DNA of 64,000 nucleotides from Streptosporangiaceae bacterium (GTDB taxonomy: Bacteria > Actinomycetota > Actinomycetes > Streptosporangiales > Streptosporangiaceae), in the NCBI GenBank assembly GCA_965277615.1, contig CBDIDG010000006.1, forward strand, positions 1,578,332-1,642,331, written 5' to 3'. Positions within the stretch are counted from its first letter, which is position 1. Every line of letters begins with the position of its first letter. The notes under the pieces were generated by a model. The model ran no database searches, was not told the origin of the DNA, and worked only from the letters and a program-made list of their open reading frames with translations. This document shows positions 10,550-21,881 of this stretch, piece after piece. A program made the position numbers and the translations under genes.

Positions 10550-11605
10550 ATGACCGTCCACGCCGACGACCTGGCCCCCCTCCCGGCGGGCCAGCTCACT
10601 CCCCCGGTACCAGTCAAGGGCAACGTGACCCGGGCGATCCGGCTGCCGCGCAACCCCAAGGTCATCGCCGGCCTGATCATCATCGCGGCCTTCGCGATCT
10701 TGACCCTGGTCGGCCCCTGGGTCGCGCCCTACTCGCCCAACGACAACTCGTTCGCGCAGAACCTGCACCCGTCGGCCGCGCACTGGCTCGGCACCAGCAA
10801 CCTCGGCGCGGACATCTTCTCCCAGCTGCTCAACGGGGCCCGGGCCACCATGGTGGTGGGCTTCATCGCGGGCCTGGTCGCCACCGTGCTGTCGGTGATC
10901 ATCGGCATCACCGCGGGTTACCTCGGCGGCGGCACCGACGAGGGGCTGTCGCTGACGGCCAACGTGTTCCTGGCCATCCCCGGGCTGCCGCTGCTGATCG
11001 TCCTCCTCAGCTACCTGCCGCCCGCCGGCCGGTCGAACACGCTGCTGATCGGCGTGATCATCGCCATCACCGGCTGGGCCTGGGGCGCCCGGGTGCTGCG
11101 GGCCCAGACCTTGTCGGTCAAGCGGCGGGACTTCGTTGAGGCGGCCCGGATCATCGGCGAGAGCCGGATCCGGATCATGTTCTCCGAGGTACTGCCGAAC
11201 CTGGTGGCCATCGTGGCCTCCTCGTTCCTGTTCACCATGCTGTACGCGATCGGCACCTACATCGCGCTGGCTTACCTCGGCGTGACCAGCACCTCGGTGT
11301 GGAACTGGGGCACGATGCTGTACTGGGCCCAGACCAGCAACGCCCCGCTGACCGGCGCGTGGTGGTGGTTCGTGCCCCCCGGTCTGTGTATCGCCCTGGT
11401 CGGCATGGGGCTGGCCCTGCTGAACTTCGGCGTGGACGAGTTCATCAACCCGCGGCTGCGGGCCGGGGGCCTGTCCAAGAAGGGCATGCGCAAGGCCGGG
11501 CTGCCCCGGCACCCCAAGCTGGGCCTGACCCCGGTGGTCAGGAACCGGCCCGCCTCGACGGCCACGGCGGCGACCGCGGCCGGGCCCGCGAAGGTGGCCC
11601 GATGA
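10550..11605 (+). CDS. ABC transporter permease (Opp/Dpp C-type)
   Basis: Internal ATG at 10550 in ORF 9551..11605. Contains VGPWVAPYSPND and FVEAARIIGESRIRIMFSEVLPN. Confidence 0.85.
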   Translation: MTVHADDLAPLPAGQLTPPVPVKGNVTRAIRLPRNPKVIAGLIIIAAFAILTLVGPWVAPYSPNDNSFAQNLHPSAAHWLGTSNLGADIFSQLLNGARATMVVGFIAGLVATVLSVIIGITAGYLGGGTDEGLSLTANVFLAIPGLPLLIVLLSYLPPAGRSNTLLIGVIIAITGWAWGARVLRAQTLSVKRRDFVEAARIIGESRIRIMFSEVLPNLVAIVASSFLFTMLYAIGTYIALAYLGVTSTSVWNWGTMLYWAQTSNAPLTGAWWWFVPPGLCIALVGMGLALLNFGVDEFINPRLRAGGLSKKGMRKAGLPRHPKLGLTPVVRNRPASTATAATAAGPAKVAR

Positions 11606-12777
11606 GCGCCGGCCACGTGGTTGCCCCGGTGACAGCAGGCGACGGCGAGGTCAGCCGGCCGGCGCACCAGGGCGACCCGGTACTGGAGATCCGTGGGCTG
11701 TGCGTGGACTACGGGTGGGGCGAAGAGGCCGTGCACGCGGTGGTGGACGCCAACCTGACCTTGCGCCGCGGCCAGGTCCTCGGACTGGCCGGGGAGAGCG
11801 GCAGCGGCAAGTCGACGCTGGCCTACGCGGCCACCCGGCTGCTGCGCGAGCCCGGCGTGATCACCGGGGGTGAGGTGCTGTTCCACTCCCGCCCGAACGC
11901 GCAGAGCGGCCCGGACGCGATGGCGGGCACTGCCGACCTGCTGGACCTGGACGAAGGCGACCTGCAGCGGATCCGCTGGTCGGAGATCTCGGTGGTCATG
12001 CAGAGCGCGCTGAACGCGCTCAACCCGGTGGCCACCATCGGGTACCAGATCGAGGACGTGCTGAAGGCCCACCGGCCGGACCTGAACCGCGCGGGCCGCA
12101 TCCGGCGGGCCACCGAACTGCTGGAGATGGTCGGCATCACCGGCGACCGCCTCGGCAGCTATCCGCACGAGCTGTCTGGCGGCATGCGCCAGCGGGCTAT
12201 GATCGCGATGGGCCTGGCCTTGGAGCCACAGGTCGTGATCATGGACGAGCCCACCACCGCGCTGGACGTGGTGACCCAGCGCGAGATCCTGGAAGAGCTG
12301 ATCCGGCTGCGGGACGAGCTGGGCTTCGCCGCACTGTTCATCACCCACGACCTGTCGCTGCTGATCGAGCTGGCCGACGAGATCGCGGTGATGTACGCGG
12401 GCCGGCTGGTCGAGCGGGCCGGGTCGGAGTCGCTGTTCCGGGCGCCACGCCACCCCTACACCTACGGGCTGCTCAACTCGTTCCCGCCCATGCACGGGGA
12501 GCGGAAGGCGATGACCGGGATCGCCGGGTCACCGCCGGACCTGCGGTCGATCCCGTCCGGGTGCGCGTTCCACCCGCGCTGCCTGCACGCCATGGACCGG
12601 TGTTCGGTGGACGTGCCCGAGCTGGTGCCGCTGACCACCGGGCCGGTGCCGCACGGCCGCAGCCCGCGCGAGGTGGCCTGCTGGCTGCACGACCCGCAGT
12701 CGGCGAAGCCGGTGCCAGAAGGACTGAACAAGCCCGATCCAGCCGACCCGGTGGCCCCCGAGGAGGAAAAGGCATGA
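11602..12777 (+). CDS. ABC transporter ATP-binding protein (Opp/Dpp D-type)
   Basis: Walker [10 protein letters not shown], signature LSGGMRQR, Walker [13 protein letters not shown] and C-terminal oligopeptide-type motif [12 protein letters not shown] overlap with the permease gene. Confidence 0.9.
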   Translation: MSAGHVVAPVTAGDGEVSRPAHQGDPVLEIRGLCVDYGWGEEAVHAVVDANLTLRRGQVLGLAGESGSGKSTLAYAATRLLREPGVITGGEVLFHSRPNAQSGPDAMAGTADLLDLDEGDLQRIRWSEISVVMQSALNALNPVATIGYQIEDVLKAHRPDLNRAGRIRRATELLEMVGITGDRLGSYPHELSGGMRQRAMIAMGLALEPQVVIMDEPTTALDVVTQREILEELIRLRDELGFAALFITHDLSLLIELADEIAVMYAGRLVERAGSESLFRAPRHPYTYGLLNSFPPMHGERKAMTGIAGSPPDLRSIPSGCAFHPRCLHAMDRCSVDVPELVPLTTGPVPHGRSPREVACWLHDPQSAKPVPEGLNKPDPADPVAPEEEKA

Positions 12778-13871
12778 CCGAAACGGTGACGGCCACGTCG
12801 GTGCTGGAAGCCCGCAACCTGACCAAGCACTTCCACGTCCGGCACGGGGTGCGGTCCCGGTCCGCCGTGCACGCGGTGGAGAACGTGTCGCTGGCACTGC
12901 CCCGCTCGGCGGTCACCGCGGTGGTGGGCGAGAGCGGGTCCGGCAAGTCCACGCTGGCCCGGATGCTGGCCCGGATCATCCCCCCCACCTCGGGCGAGCT
13001 GCTGCTGGACGGGCAGCAGGTGCCGACCGGCCAGCGGAAGCGGCAGGAGTACGCGCGGCGGGTCCAGCTGGTCCTGCAGGACCCGTTCGCCTCGCTGAAT
13101 CCGGTGCACTCGATCCGGTACCACCTGGCCCGGCCCCTGAAGATCCACCACATGACCGACGGGGACCTGGACGGGGCCATGGATCAGCTGCTACGGCGGG
13201 TGGCCCTGGACCCGCCGGGCCGCTTCATCGACAAGTACCCGCATGAGCTGTCCGGTGGCCAGCGGCAGCGGGTGGCGATCGCCCGGGCGCTGGCCGTGCA
13301 GCCGGACGTGCTGCTGGCCGACGAACCGGTGTCCATGCTCGACGTGTCGATCCGGCTCGGCGTGCTCAACCTGCTGGCCGACCTGCGGGAGAAGTCCCAG
13401 CTGGCCATCTTGTACGTCACCCACGACATCGCCTCGGCCCGGTACCTGGCCGACACGATCGTGGTCATGTACGCGGGTGAGCTGGTCGAGTCGGCCCCGA
13501 GCGCCGAGCTGACCGACGCCCCGGCCCACCCCTACACGCAGCTGCTGCTGTCGGCGGCGCCGGACCCGGCCCGGCCCGAGCCACCGTCGCTGGCCGGCCG
13601 CGGTGCCCCGCCCAGCCTGGTGTCACCGCCGCCGGGCTGCCGGTTCCATCCACGGTGCCCGCACGCCATGGCGGTGTGCCGGGAGCAGCGGCCGCCCACC
13701 GTGGCCGTCTCCCCGGGACACAGCGCAGCCTGCTGGCTGCACGCCAGCGACCTGAGCCCGGCCCAGGCCAAACCGCTCAACGGCCAGGCCAAGCCGCTCT
13801 CGGCGGCCACGCCGGCGGCCGGGGCCGCGATACCACCATCCCGTACGGCCGAGCCATCCAAGGAGGGGTGA
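12774..13871 (+). CDS. ABC transporter ATP-binding protein (Opp/Dpp F-type)
   Basis: [41 protein letters not shown] overlap with the previous gene. Confidence 0.9.
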   Translation: MTETVTATSVLEARNLTKHFHVRHGVRSRSAVHAVENVSLALPRSAVTAVVGESGSGKSTLARMLARIIPPTSGELLLDGQQVPTGQRKRQEYARRVQLVLQDPFASLNPVHSIRYHLARPLKIHHMTDGDLDGAMDQLLRRVALDPPGRFIDKYPHELSGGQRQRVAIARALAVQPDVLLADEPVSMLDVSIRLGVLNLLADLREKSQLAILYVTHDIASARYLADTIVVMYAGELVESAPSAELTDAPAHPYTQLLLSAAPDPARPEPPSLAGRGAPPSLVSPPPGCRFHPRCPHAMAVCREQRPPTVAVSPGHSAACWLHASDLSPAQAKPLNGQAKPLSAATPAAGAAIPPSRTAEPSKEG

Positions 13872-14048
13872 TGAGTTGACGCGCCGAGTGATCGCTTAGC
13901 CCGATCCCGCTTCCGCCTCCGGGCGGCAGCCTCGGCGACCGGTCGTACGCCCGGCCGGCCCGCATCGAAATACCAGGCGAAAAGACCCCGACACGGTCAA
14001 CAACGCTGGCCGGTGAAGAACCGGCCGGGCAATTTGGAGTTTAGAGCA

Positions 14049-15746
14049 ATGAGTCACAGATACCTGAAGGGCATCGCGGCAACGATGGTCCTCGGCCTGG
14101 GCGTCGCGGCCTGCTCGAGCGGCCACAGCAGCGGTTCGGGCAGCTCCGGCAGTTCGTCCAAGACCACCTCCATCACCGAGGAAGCCGTCACCGGCGTCAC
14201 GTTCATCAAGAACTTCAACCCGTTCGACGTGAACTCGTTCGCCTCTCAGGTGGACGCGAAGTCGCTCCTGTACGAGCCGCTGTTCGAGTTCAACGCGCTC
14301 AAGCCCGGCGTGATCCACCCGATGCTTGGAACCAAGTACGCCTGGTCCAACGGGGGCAAGACGCTCACCGTGACCCTGCGCCAGGGCGTGAAGTTCAGCG
14401 ACGGCACGCCCTTCACCAGCGCCGACGCCGCCTTCACGTTCAATACGATCAAGGCCAACGCGGCGGCCAACTACAGCGGCCTCCCCACCATCACCAGTGT
14501 CTCGGCCCCCGATGCCAGCACGCTGGTGCTGAACTTCCAGGCCGCCCAGTACGCGAACCTCTTCTCCATCCTGGGCAACACGTTCATGGTCCCGAAGCAC
14601 ACGTTCTCCTCGCTCAGCAACGTGGCCACGGCCTCGGTCGCCAACCCGGTCGGCACCGGGCCGTACGTGCTGAAGTCGTTCACCACCCAGCAGGTCACGT
14701 TCACGGCCAACCCGAAGTGGTGGGGCGGCAAGCCTGCGATCACCCAGGTCAACATCCCCTACTACTCGGGTAACACGGCCGCCACCACCGCGCTGGCCGC
14801 GGGCCAGCTGGACTGGGCCGGGAACGAGATCCCCAACCTGAAGCAGCTGTACACGAGCAAGGACCCGACCCACAACCACTACTGGTTCCCCGGCGGCAAC
14901 ACGGTGACGCTGTGGGTCAACGTGGCCAAGGGCGGCCCGCTGGCCGACGCCAAGGTCCGCCAGGCGATCAGCGCCGGCATCAACCGGCAGCAGCTGTCGA
15001 GCAAGGGTGAGTACGGCTACGAGGCCCCGGCGACCTCCTCCAGCGGCCTGATCCTGCCCGCCCAGCAGCAGTTCCTGAACCAGAAGCTGGCCAACGACCT
15101 GTCCCCCACGGCCGACGCCAGCAAGGTGTCCTCGATCCTGACCGCGGACGGCTACCAGAAGGACAGCAAGGGCTTCTGGGCCAAGGGCGGTAAGGAGATC
15201 TCGTTCTCGGTCGAGGACCCGACCGCCTTCACCGACTATTACGCGGACGCCCAGCTGATCGCGGGCCAGCTCAAGGCGGTCGGCATCAACGCGACCGTGG
15301 ACGGCGTGGCCGCGCCGTCGTGGTTCACCGACACCCAGGACGGCAACTTCCAGACCGTCGTGCACTGGGGCGGTGGCGCGGGCGGCACGTCCAACCCGTA
15401 CCCGTTCGGCCAGTTCCAGTACTGGATGGACAACACCCTGACGGCCAAGCTGGGCGCGAGCGCAGCGTCGAACTACGGCCGGTACAGCAACTCCACCGCC
15501 CAGGCCGCGATCACCGCGTTCGAGAACACCAACGACGCCACCGCGCAGCAGACCCAGCTGAACACGCTGGAGAACCTCGAATCCACCGAGATGCCGACCA
15601 TCCCGCTGATGTACGGCGCGGACTGGAACGAGTACAGCACGGCCCGGATCACGGGCTGGGCCACTCAGTCCAACCCGTACATGGACCCGGCGCCGGACGA
15701 CCCGGAAGTGGGTTACATCCTGACCCACCTCAAGGCCGCCTCGTAA
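14049..15746 (+). CDS. ABC transporter substrate-binding lipoprotein (family 5)
   Basis: Lipobox LGLGVAAC after MSHRYLKGIAATMV, then a Ser/Gly linker. Family-5 SBP-like body. Confidence 0.85.
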   Translation: MSHRYLKGIAATMVLGLGVAACSSGHSSGSGSSGSSSKTTSITEEAVTGVTFIKNFNPFDVNSFASQVDAKSLLYEPLFEFNALKPGVIHPMLGTKYAWSNGGKTLTVTLRQGVKFSDGTPFTSADAAFTFNTIKANAAANYSGLPTITSVSAPDASTLVLNFQAAQYANLFSILGNTFMVPKHTFSSLSNVATASVANPVGTGPYVLKSFTTQQVTFTANPKWWGGKPAITQVNIPYYSGNTAATTALAAGQLDWAGNEIPNLKQLYTSKDPTHNHYWFPGGNTVTLWVNVAKGGPLADAKVRQAISAGINRQQLSSKGEYGYEAPATSSSGLILPAQQQFLNQKLANDLSPTADASKVSSILTADGYQKDSKGFWAKGGKEISFSVEDPTAFTDYYADAQLIAGQLKAVGINATVDGVAAPSWFTDTQDGNFQTVVHWGGGAGGTSNPYPFGQFQYWMDNTLTAKLGASAASNYGRYSNSTAQAAITAFENTNDATAQQTQLNTLENLESTEMPTIPLMYGADWNEYSTARITGWATQSNPYMDPAPDDPEVGYILTHLKAAS

Positions 15747-18314
15747 GTGACGAACCGCTATGACGAGCGGGCTCCGCGCCTCGGCGCGGAGCCCGTCCCG
15801 TCTTCTGGAAAACCCGTACCGCCGTCGCTGACTGCGGAGCTGGGCCTGGACGAGAAGATCCGCCTGCTCACCGGGGCGGACAACTGGCGCACCGTGGCCG
15901 AGGACCGGCTCGGCCTGCGGCCGCTGGCCATGTCCGACGGGCCCGCCGGGGTCCGCGGCATCGTCATGGACGAGCGGGCGCCGTCGTCCAGCCTGCCCTG
16001 CCCCTCGGCTCTCGGCGCGACCTGGGACCCGGCCCTGGTGACCGAGGTCGGGGCGGCTCTGGGCGCCGAGGCTCGGGGCAAGGACGTCGACATCCTGCTC
16101 GCTCCCACCGTGCACCTGATGCGCACCCCGCTGGGCGGCCGCGGGTTCGAGTGCTTCTCCGAGGACCCCGTGCTCACCGCGGGGCTTGCCGCCGCCTACG
16201 TGCGCGGGGTGCAGAGCGTCGGTGTGGCCTGCGCGATCAAGCACTACCTGTGCAACGAGTCGGAGACGCAGCGCTGGACCTACGACGTGCACGTGGCCGG
16301 GACCACGCTGCGCGAGCTGTACCTGGTGCCGTTCGAAGCGTGTGTCCGCGACGCCGGCGTGGCCGTGGTGATGGCCGGCTACAACGCGGTGAACGGGGCC
16401 ACGATGACCGAGAACACGTCGCTGCTGACCGGCGTGCTCAAGGACGAGTGGGGCTTCGCCGGGATCGTGCTGTCGGACTGGCACGCGGCCCGCAGCACCG
16501 AGGCCACCGCCCTGGCCGGGCTGGACCTGACCATGCCGGGACCGGACGGCCCCTGGGGCGAACGGCTGGCCGCCGCGGTGCGAGCCGGGCGCGTGCCGGA
16601 GGGGCTGATCGACGACAAGCTGACGCGGCTACGGCACGTGGCGACTCAGGTCGGTGCCCGTGAACCCAGCGGACGGGGCTCATTTTATATAAATAATGAC
16701 GTGACCGACGGGCTTGAAGTGGCCCGTGCGGCCGGACCAGCCGATCCGGCCCTGCTCCGGCGGGCCGCGGCGGCCGCGTTCACCTTGGTGCGCAACCAGG
16801 ACGAGGCGCTCCCGCTGGAGCTGACCGGCCCCCGCGAAGTCCGGCGGCTGGCCCTGATCGGGCCGAACGCGGTACACCCGGTCAGCCAGGGCGGCGGCAG
16901 CGCCGCGGTCCCGCAGGCCAGCCTGGCCACCCCCGGCGACGCCCTGCGCACGGCGCTGGCCAGCTTGGCCGGCCAGACCGGGCCGGCCGAGCTGACGGTC
17001 GAGCCCGGCTGTGTCACCTGGGAGGCCGTGCCGCAGCCGGAACCGTCTGCGCTGACCGATCCGGTCACCGGCGGGGCCGGCGTCCGGCTGGAGTTCCGCG
17101 CGGCCGACGGGGACCTGCTGGCCGCCGAGCACCGCAGCGCGACCATGTTCACCTGGTGGGAAGGCCTGCCGGACGGGGTGGGCTGGGGCGGTGACGGCCG
17201 GATCGTGCTGCGGACCCGGTTCCGGGCCCCCTCGGACGGCCCGCACCTGATCGGCGCGGGCGGCGTCGGGCAGCTCACGCTGACCGTGGACGGGACGGTG
17301 CAGGCCCAGGGCCGCACCCCGATCCCGGCCGACCCGGTGGAGGCGATGGTCCGGCCGGGTGAGGTCCGGGCCACCGTGCCGCTGCGGGCCGGGCAGGACG
17401 CCGAGCTGGAGGTCTCGCTGCTGCCGGAGAACTGGAAGCAGGGCCCGATCTCGATCCGGCTCGGGGTGGTGCCGGCCCCGGACGAGGATGCGCTGCTGGA
17501 CGCGGCGGTGCGGGCCGCCGGTGACGCCGACGCTGCGGTGGTCGTCGTCGGCTCCGGGCCGGCCGCGGAGAGCGAGGGCTACGACCGGCCGGGCCTGGCC
17601 CTGGCCGGGCGGCAGGACGAGCTGGTCCGCCGGGTGGCGGCGGTCAACGACCGGACGATTGTCGTGGTCAACGCGGGCATGCCGGTGCTGACGCCGTGGG
17701 CGGATGACGTGGCCGCGCTCGGCTGGGCCTGGCTGCCCGGGCAGGCCATGGGTGACGCCCTGGCCGACGTACTGCTGGGCCGGGCCGAGCCCGGCGGGCG
17801 GCTGCCGGTCACACTGCCCGCGGCCGAGGCCGACTGCCCGGTGCTGCACGCAACTCCGGTGGACGGCGTGCTGCGCTACGACGAGGGCCTGCTGATCGGG
17901 TACCGGGGTTTCGACCGGGCCGGGACCGAGCCCCGGTACCCGTTCGGTCACGGGCTGGGGTACACCAGCTGGGCCCTGGACTCGATGGCCGTGGGCGCGG
18001 CGGCCGGGGCGGACCTGGAGGTCACGGTGGTGGCCCGGAACACGGGATCTCGCCCGGGGCGGGACGTCGTTCAGGTGTACGTGGCTCCCCCACCCGGCGA
18101 AGACCGGGGCCGTCCCGTGCGGACGCTGGCGGGATTCGCGTCCGTGACCGCAACGCCCGGGGAGACGGTGGAGGTACGGATCGCCGTCCCGGGCCGGGCG
18201 CTGGCCCGCTGGGACGAGGCCACCGATGGCTGGGTCTACCCGCCCGGTGAGTACACGGTCTACGCCGGGCACTCCTCGCGCGACCTGCCGCTGTCGGTCC
18301 AGGTGGTGCGCTGA
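15747..18314 (+). CDS. glycoside hydrolase family 3 (beta-glucosidase-like)
   Basis: KIRLLTGADNWRT, MSDGPAGVRG, KHYLCNESE, VLSDWHA and C-terminal fibronectin-like LAGFASV. Confidence 0.9.
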   Translation: MTNRYDERAPRLGAEPVPSSGKPVPPSLTAELGLDEKIRLLTGADNWRTVAEDRLGLRPLAMSDGPAGVRGIVMDERAPSSSLPCPSALGATWDPALVTEVGAALGAEARGKDVDILLAPTVHLMRTPLGGRGFECFSEDPVLTAGLAAAYVRGVQSVGVACAIKHYLCNESETQRWTYDVHVAGTTLRELYLVPFEACVRDAGVAVVMAGYNAVNGATMTENTSLLTGVLKDEWGFAGIVLSDWHAARSTEATALAGLDLTMPGPDGPWGERLAAAVRAGRVPEGLIDDKLTRLRHVATQVGAREPSGRGSFYINNDVTDGLEVARAAGPADPALLRRAAAAAFTLVRNQDEALPLELTGPREVRRLALIGPNAVHPVSQGGGSAAVPQASLATPGDALRTALASLAGQTGPAELTVEPGCVTWEAVPQPEPSALTDPVTGGAGVRLEFRAADGDLLAAEHRSATMFTWWEGLPDGVGWGGDGRIVLRTRFRAPSDGPHLIGAGGVGQLTLTVDGTVQAQGRTPIPADPVEAMVRPGEVRATVPLRAGQDAELEVSLLPENWKQGPISIRLGVVPAPDEDALLDAAVRAAGDADAAVVVVGSGPAAESEGYDRPGLALAGRQDELVRRVAAVNDRTIVVVNAGMPVLTPWADDVAALGWAWLPGQAMGDALADVLLGRAEPGGRLPVTLPAAEADCPVLHATPVDGVLRYDEGLLIGYRGFDRAGTEPRYPFGHGLGYTSWALDSMAVGAAAGADLEVTVVARNTGSRPGRDVVQVYVAPPPGEDRGRPVRTLAGFASVTATPGETVEVRIAVPGRALARWDEATDGWVYPPGEYTVYAGHSSRDLPLSVQVVR

Positions 18315-18353
18315 CGGCCCGGGTCGGCCCGGTATTACTGGTCCGGCCCGGTA

Positions 18354-19022
18354 TCAGTTGGGGTTGTACGGGGCGTAGCGCAGGTCGGGCGCGGGGCGGG
18401 CGGTGAGGGTCTGCAGCATGGTGGTCTCGTGGACCAGCATGGCCCGCTCCGCGGTCAGGCGGCTGAGCGAGTCCGGCTCGGCCAGCAGCGCCTGCCGGTC
18501 CGGCAGGTCAATGATCATGGACGCCGCGACCAGGTAGGACAGCAGGACGGGCTCTTCGGGTACTTCGGGCACGTTGACCTGGGCCAGGCCCTGGGCGGTG
18601 AGCACGTCCAGGTAGGCCTGGAACGCCCCGGCCACCAGGTGCGCGGCCCGGCCGGCCGCGGCCGAGTCGCCCTCGTCCTCGGCCAGGAACTCGACCTCGC
18701 CCTGCAGGTAGGCCCGGGACTCATCCAGGGTGTCCAGCCGGAACCGCTGGGTGCCCACGGCGACGACGTCGTAACCACCGTCGTCGTTGCCCTCGGTCTC
18801 GCGCAGGGTCGCAGTGCAGCCGACCTCGTACAGCGAAGAGACGCCTTCGACGCCGGTCTCCCGGCCCTTCTTGATCGCGATCACGCCGAACCGGCGCGGC
18901 TCCGGGCCGTCGAGCAGGTCCCGCACCAGCTCCTTGTACCGGTCCTCGAAAATGTGCAACGGCAGCAGCATGCCGGGGAACAAGACGGTGCCGAGCGGGA
19001 AGAGCGGCAGCGTGTCGGTCAT
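18354..19022 (-). CDS. LON substrate-binding (Lon N-terminal) domain protein
   Basis: LPLFPLGTVLFPGMLLPLHIFEDRYKELV. Confidence 0.8.
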   Translation of the reverse strand: MTDTLPLFPLGTVLFPGMLLPLHIFEDRYKELVRDLLDGPEPRRFGVIAIKKGRETGVEGVSSLYEVGCTATLRETEGNDDGGYDVVAVGTQRFRLDTLDESRAYLQGEVEFLAEDEGDSAAAGRAAHLVAGAFQAYLDVLTAQGLAQVNVPEVPEEPVLLSYLVAASMIIDLPDRQALLAEPDSLSRLTAERAMLVHETTMLQTLTARPAPDLRYAPYNPN

Positions 19023-19121
19023 GCCGTGACCTTATGCCGATTGCGCTTCGCCGGCTACATCTGGGTAGACAGGGCACACCAGGAAACCAGCCGGAAACAA
19101 TCGGGCGCTAAGGATGGAACC

Positions 19122-19937
19122 GTGCAAACGCGGCGAGTAGGAATTGGGTGCGGCTTCACCTACGTGGCGGAGGTCGAGACCCCGGTGGTGTTCCACATCG
19201 AGCCCCGGGCCGCAGCGGAAATCACGCTGACCGATGCGCAGCTCGACGCCGACCCGGCGATGACGCTGCACTCCTACACCGACCTGTACGGCAACCCGTG
19301 CACGCGGGCCATCCTGCCCGTCGGCCGGTCGCTGGTCCGGTACGCCGCGGTGGCCACGGTCCCGGACGCGACCGAGGACGCCGACGAGGACGCCCCCGAG
19401 TGCCTGCCGGGCAACCTGCCCGACGACACCCTGCTCTACACGCTGCCCAGCCGGTTCTGCCTGCCCGATCTGCTCGGCGACGAGGCCTGGTCGAAGTTCG
19501 GCGGCCTGACCCCGGGCTACCGCCGCGTCCAGGCCATCTGCGATTACGTGAACGAGTACCTGACCTTCGCCTACGGCAGCAGCACCGCGACCTCCACCGC
19601 CGCCGACGTGTTCGAGTCCGGGCGCGGGGTGTGCCGGGACTTCACTCATCTGGCCATCTCCTTCTGCCGGGCGCTGAACATCCCGGCCCGGTACGTGTTC
19701 GGCTACCTGCCGGACATGGACGTGCCGCCAGACCCCGCGCCGATGGACTTCGCGGCCTGGATGGAGGTGTGGCTGGGCGACCGCTGGTGGACGTTCGACC
19801 CGCGGAACAACATCCGGCGCAAGGGCCGGATCCTGATCGGCCGCGGCCGCGACGCCTCCGACGTGGCCATGGCCACCACCTTCGGCGGCCCGTTGCTGGA
19901 GCAGATGACCGTCCAGGCCGCAGAGATCGCCGACTGA
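19122..19937 (+). CDS. transglutaminase-family protein
   Basis: GTG at 19122 with AAGGA 8 nt upstream. Contains GRGVCRDFTHLAISFCRALNIPARYVFGY (Cys-His core). Confidence 0.8.
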   Translation: MQTRRVGIGCGFTYVAEVETPVVFHIEPRAAAEITLTDAQLDADPAMTLHSYTDLYGNPCTRAILPVGRSLVRYAAVATVPDATEDADEDAPECLPGNLPDDTLLYTLPSRFCLPDLLGDEAWSKFGGLTPGYRRVQAICDYVNEYLTFAYGSSTATSTAADVFESGRGVCRDFTHLAISFCRALNIPARYVFGYLPDMDVPPDPAPMDFAAWMEVWLGDRWWTFDPRNNIRRKGRILIGRGRDASDVAMATTFGGPLLEQMTVQAAEIAD

Positions 19938-19957
19938 GTCAGACGGCTCTGGGAGCG

Positions 19958-21766
19958 CTAGTCGGCTGTGGGCGCGTTCTCAGGCTGCCCGATCGCATGC
20001 GGGGCGGGGCGGTCGCGGCGCAGGACGGCCAGCAGTTCCTCGTACGGGCCGATGAGGAAGGCCTGGTCGCCGTCGCGGAACCGGGTGCCACGGCGCGGCG
20101 GGTGCTCCAGTAGCTGCTCGTCGGCGGCGCGGCGGATGGCCAGCACCCGGGTGCGGGCCGACAGGTCGCTCATGGCCAGGCCGTTCAGGCCACCGCCGGG
20201 GCTGACGGTCAGCCGGGCCACCAGCAGCGGCTCGTCGCCGGCGTAGAACGTGCTCAGCACGTCCAGGCCGAGCGCGGCGCCGACGAACCACGGCGCGGCC
20301 AGCGCCGCGGTGGAGCGGACCGAAGTGAAGCCGAAGTTGTGCCGGACCGACCGGGCGAACGGCGAGTCGAACATCCGCAGCACGACCGGGACTGAGTCCC
20401 AGCGCTCCCCCAGCTGGTCGCGGACGGCCAGGCCGGTCTCCAGGTTGGCCAGGTCGTCACTGGTCACCACGGCGACCGCGGCCGCGTTGGCTAGGCTGAC
20501 GGCCTCCAGCGTCTCCGGCAAGGTGGCGTCGGCGATGATCGCCGGCACCTCCAGCGCACGAAGCTGGCCCAGATGGCGGTTGCTCTCGTCCTTGTCGACC
20601 CCTACCACTTCCCGGCCCGCGCTGACCAGGCGCTGGATGACCCGGATGCCGACCGAGCCCAGGCCGATGACGATGACGTGGCCGCTGAGCCCGACGATCC
20701 GCTGACGGCCGAGGGATTCCTCCAGGCGCCGGCTGACGATCATGTTGGTGAGGGTGGCGAAGAACACGGCCACGAACGTCGCACCGAGCAGCATGAGGCT
20801 GATGGCCCCGATGATCAGCCACGGGTCCTGGCCGCGGAAGCTGAAGTCGCCGTACCCGACGGTGGTGACCGTTTCCACCGCGAAGTAGGCCGCCGACAGC
20901 AGGGAAATGTGCCGGGGATGACCAGACGCGGTGGGCAGCGAGTAGGCGGCGTGCAGGATCAGCGTGGCCGCCAGCAGCACCACGATCAGCACGGCCAGCG
21001 CGGTGGCCATCCGCCGGTCCGCGACGGCCCGGGCCAGCGACACCAGCAGCTGCCGGGCCCGCCGGGTCACCCGGGGCCGCCTGACGTTCTGGCGGACCTG
21101 GATCGGGCCGGTGATCCCGGCTGTGCGCAGCTCGTCCGGGGCGCAGAACACGATCACCCGGTCCCCCTGGCTGACCAGGTGGTCGCGGCCGGGGCAGATC
21201 ACGGTGTCGTCGCCGCTTGCGGGCAGCACCGCGATCGGAGCCAGCGCCCCGTACAGGTCCCGGAGCGTGGCGGTGCGCGGCGCCACAGTCCTGGCCGCCA
21301 CGAATCGTTCCCGGTCCAGGAGGATCTCCTGCAGCCCGGACTGCAGGCAGGCCTCGGCGATGGCCGGTGCGGACAGCGAGGCCACGTCCAGCACGGCCAC
21401 GTCGATCTGGGCCAGCGCCCGGCCCACGGCCGGGTTAGCCAGCTGGACCACGATCCGCACGTCAGCCCGCAGCTCGCGGGTCAGCAGCGCGGTCTCCAGC
21501 GTCTGCAGGTCATCTTCCAGCACGCAGATGACGGCGGCCGCGCCGGCCAGGCCCGCCTCCATCAGCATGGCCGCCGTCCGCGAGCTGGCCGGCAGGTGCG
21601 GGACACCCCACCCGGCCAGCTGCCTGGCCAGCGCCGGATCGGGCTGGTCGTCGACCACCACGGCCGGCACGCCGGACAGGTTGAGCTGCTCGACGATGCG
21701 CAGCCCGACACTGTGCAGGCCGCACACGATCACGTGCCCCCGCCAGTCCGCGTATCCGCCCGTCAC
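19958..21766 (-). CDS. potassium channel protein flanked by RCK/TrkA-N domains
   Basis: Selectivity filter [10 protein letters not shown] between two TM helices. Rossmann-like [11 protein letters not shown] and [11 protein letters not shown] lie on either side. Confidence 0.85.
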   Translation of the reverse strand: MTGGYADWRGHVIVCGLHSVGLRIVEQLNLSGVPAVVVDDQPDPALARQLAGWGVPHLPASSRTAAMLMEAGLAGAAAVICVLEDDLQTLETALLTRELRADVRIVVQLANPAVGRALAQIDVAVLDVASLSAPAIAEACLQSGLQEILLDRERFVAARTVAPRTATLRDLYGALAPIAVLPASGDDTVICPGRDHLVSQGDRVIVFCAPDELRTAGITGPIQVRQNVRRPRVTRRARQLLVSLARAVADRRMATALAVLIVVLLAATLILHAAYSLPTASGHPRHISLLSAAYFAVETVTTVGYGDFSFRGQDPWLIIGAISLMLLGATFVAVFFATLTNMIVSRRLEESLGRQRIVGLSGHVIVIGLGSVGIRVIQRLVSAGREVVGVDKDESNRHLGQLRALEVPAIIADATLPETLEAVSLANAAAVAVVTSDDLANLETGLAVRDQLGERWDSVPVVLRMFDSPFARSVRHNFGFTSVRSTAALAAPWFVGAALGLDVLSTFYAGDEPLLVARLTVSPGGGLNGLAMSDLSARTRVLAIRRAADEQLLEHPPRRGTRFRDGDQAFLIGPYEELLAVLRRDRPAPHAIGQPENAPTAD

Positions 21767-21881
21767 CTGGGCATTGTCTGCTCCGTCGATGACGCTGATG
21801 TTAGCGGCGCGTATGCGGCAGGTGAGCTTTACCCTCGCGTTAGCCCTGGCCAGGTCGTCCCTACGCGCCCGCCGGGTAGGG

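Noticed and set aside
18315-18353. Direct repeat cggcccggtat x2 between the GH3 and LON-domain genes
   Set aside because: It is an 11-nt direct repeat, not inverted. It is too short to exclude chance and forms no structure.
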